Source: Camelus dromedarius (lineage: Eukaryota). From it: a DNA stretch of 64,000 nucleotides. The notes under the pieces were generated by a model, which saw only the letters and a list, made by a program, of their open reading frames with translations, did not search any database and had not been told where the DNA came from. The stretch lies in NCBI RefSeq assembly GCF_036321535.1, contig NC_087444.1:44082001-44146000 (forward strand). The letters are read 5' to 3'. Positions 62,050-64,000 of the stretch are shown here, in pieces. Numbering within the stretch: the first letter of the stretch is position 1; each line of letters begins with the position of its first letter. The translations under genes were made by a program, and so were the position numbers.

Positions 62050-63430
62050 CAAAATGGCAGGTCATTTGGAAGGGCACATGAATATAATTGCCCACGACCA
62101 ACGCGCCAGCCGCAGCCCCTCGGGGTCAGGAAGCACCCTAGCACATCCGGGAATACCTCCGCCCAGCGGGCCAAGTGCCCCACCACGCTTCTCAATACCC
62201 GTGGGGCTACTTTGGTCAGCCCTTGTGTCGTACAAAGGGGAAACTGAGGCCTAATGAGGGGCAGCGACTTGCCGCTCCACCTCCATTTGGTAGTAGAGCT
62301 GGCCCTGGGAAAAATGCAGGTAACAAAAGTCAACACTTGGTAAACACGCTCCACGTGCTTAGCCCGGAAAGACAGTATCCAATTCTGCCTCTGGGCGCTG
62401 AGCACATTGTTGGCGCTCAAGAAACCTGAGGCGGGAAAGCTGAACCCTGCGGAGGCCCCCAGACCCTGCCTTCCGTCCCCCAACCCTCGGCCCCCAGTTG
62501 GGGGTGGGGCCTCTGTCGGGGTCCGGCCCGCTCTGTGCTGGTCCCACCGGTTCGGCCCGCGACCCTCGCCCCCAAATCAGGCGGGGGTTCCTCACCCCTG
62601 GCCAGGGTCAGAGGTAGGCCGCAACCCCGCCAGGGCCCTACCACCCCCGCCCCGCCGTCTCCTCTCCCTCTCCCTCCCCTCCCCCCGGGAGGGAGGAGGA
62701 GACTCCGCGGCCCTCCCTCGGCCCTCCCGGCGGCGGCCGCTGTAAGCCCCGTGCCCGCTCCGCCCAGCCGCGGCGGGTCGGACGTCCGGAGCCCGCGGGT
62801 CCCCCGCCGAGGTGAGAGGGGACAGCAGCGCAGGGGGCCGAAAGCCACCGCGTCCCGGGATTTCCCTCTAGGCCGCGAACCTTCCGCGGGAGGGAAGGGG
62901 TTAAGCTGAGGGGCGTGCTGGAGGAGAGGGGAGCAGCGGGGGCTCCCGCGTCCGCAGCAACCCTCAAACTCCCAGCAGAACTTCCTAGCCTCCTCCTCGG
63001 GTTCCCCCACCTCCTGGGGCCCCAGGCCTCGGGAGTGAAGGGGCTGCGGGAGTTGGGGGAAGGTCAGGACCGCCCTCGGAATGCAGTGGGCCTGGCTGGG
63101 ACGAGAGGGGGGCCGTGGCGGGCGGGGGCGGAATTTGGAACTCTCCCGGGGGACCCAACGTGGTCACCATGGCGAGTGCGGGATGGACGGGCGGCGTGGG
63201 CCAATCGGAGCACGGCGCTACTGCCCCTGTCCCGCTGCGGCTGCCAATGGGGGGCTGCGCGGCGGGGTGGGCGGGACCCCGTCGCCCAGGACCCAGAGCC
63301 CCTGTGCTCTCTGCCAGCCGCTAGGGGGAGCGGGGCGGCTGTGGAAGGGGCGAGGAAGGGAGGTTAAGGCGACTCCTGGTCTTGGGAGGACAGAAAGCGA
63401 ATTTCTGAAAGGAGTGGGACAGGTGGAGTG
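62050..63430. promoter_or_regulatory. CCDC102A: CpG island, probable CCDC102A promoter
   Basis: Very GC/CpG-rich, with GC boxes and CCAAT (ggccaatcgg, about 63198). Gene name comes from the recalled synteny CCDC102A-ADGRG5-ADGRG1, not from coding sequence. Confidence 0.7.
62700..62811 (+). other. CCDC102A: Candidate non-coding exon 1 of CCDC102A
   Basis: GAG|GTGAGA donor at 62811/62812 inside the island; divergent orientation to ADGRG5 as expected from synteny; start approximate. Confidence 0.45.
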
Positions 63431-64000
63431 ACGGCTCAGTGCAAGTAGAAGGGAGTGGGGGTTGGTTGCCCCACCGTTCTCATGGTGTGAACAAGTGATG
63501 TCCGGCAAGCCCTTTCCCCACCCGGGGCTTCAGTTTTTCTGTCTTAAGTGTGGGTTTATGTAGGGCTGTTGTGGAAGTTGGATTAGTTCCTGTTGGCACT
63601 AGTTCTGCCCACTTGTTGGACAGAGCTTTTAGGAATCTAAAAATCTATTAGTATCTCTCCCCTTCGTACCAGTAAGGAAACAGGCCTGGAGAGGGCATGG
63701 ACTTGAAGATATCACACAGAGTATCAAAGGCAGAGCTGGGACTAGTGGGAGGTCTTCTGAACAAAAGTGAATAGTTCAAGGAGTTGCTGAGAGGCCAGGG
63801 GCTCAGGTCCACCCTCATGAAAGCCCCACACACCCTCTCCCATACCAGCTATGCTTGTCCACTTGGCCTGATGCCTGAGGACCCCATCGTGTACTTTCTC
63901 CCAGGGGCATCTTGCCCCTCAGGTGATCACAACCCAGGAGGGGAGACATCCAATCCCAGCACTCTAGCGCCCTCTCCCCACCCCTCTACTTTGCTGCTAG

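Noticed and set aside
62407-63431. Long overlapping ORFs in the CpG island
   Set aside because: Stop-poor GC-rich DNA giving Pro/Arg/Gly-rich frames with no recognisable protein.

Overview
Mammalian genomic DNA, probably camelid (Vic-type tRNA-derived SINEs and a recurrent lineage L1 3' end). The window holds the complete coding region of the adhesion GPCR ADGRG5/GPR114 on the minus strand: 11 coding exons at 51739..41842, an open frame of about 529 aa, and an intact GPS/Stachel. The left about 21 kb is the multi-promoter 5' non-coding region of ADGRG1/GPR56 (minus strand; coding exons off-window). The right end is a CpG island that by synteny should be the CCDC102A promoter. Most other ORF-track entries are chance frames or L1 remnants. 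Three observations stand out. (1) A CpG-rich fragment of CENPS/APITD1 (5' UTR, coding exon 1 and about 155 nt of intron 1) is inserted in an old L1 at about 34.4-35.0 kb, with a candidate 9-bp TSD and twin-priming-like geometry, pointing toward ADGRG1. (2) A promoter-like module is duplicated 20,556 bp apart upstream of ADGRG1; its 135-bp core is 97% identical while the flanks are far more diverged. (3) The homologous donor of ADGRG5 exon 5 reads GA instead of GT, with in-frame GT donors 15 and 48 nt further on. Gene and repeat identities rest on recalled sequences and synteny, not on database searches. Exon numbering assumes one non-coding first exon.
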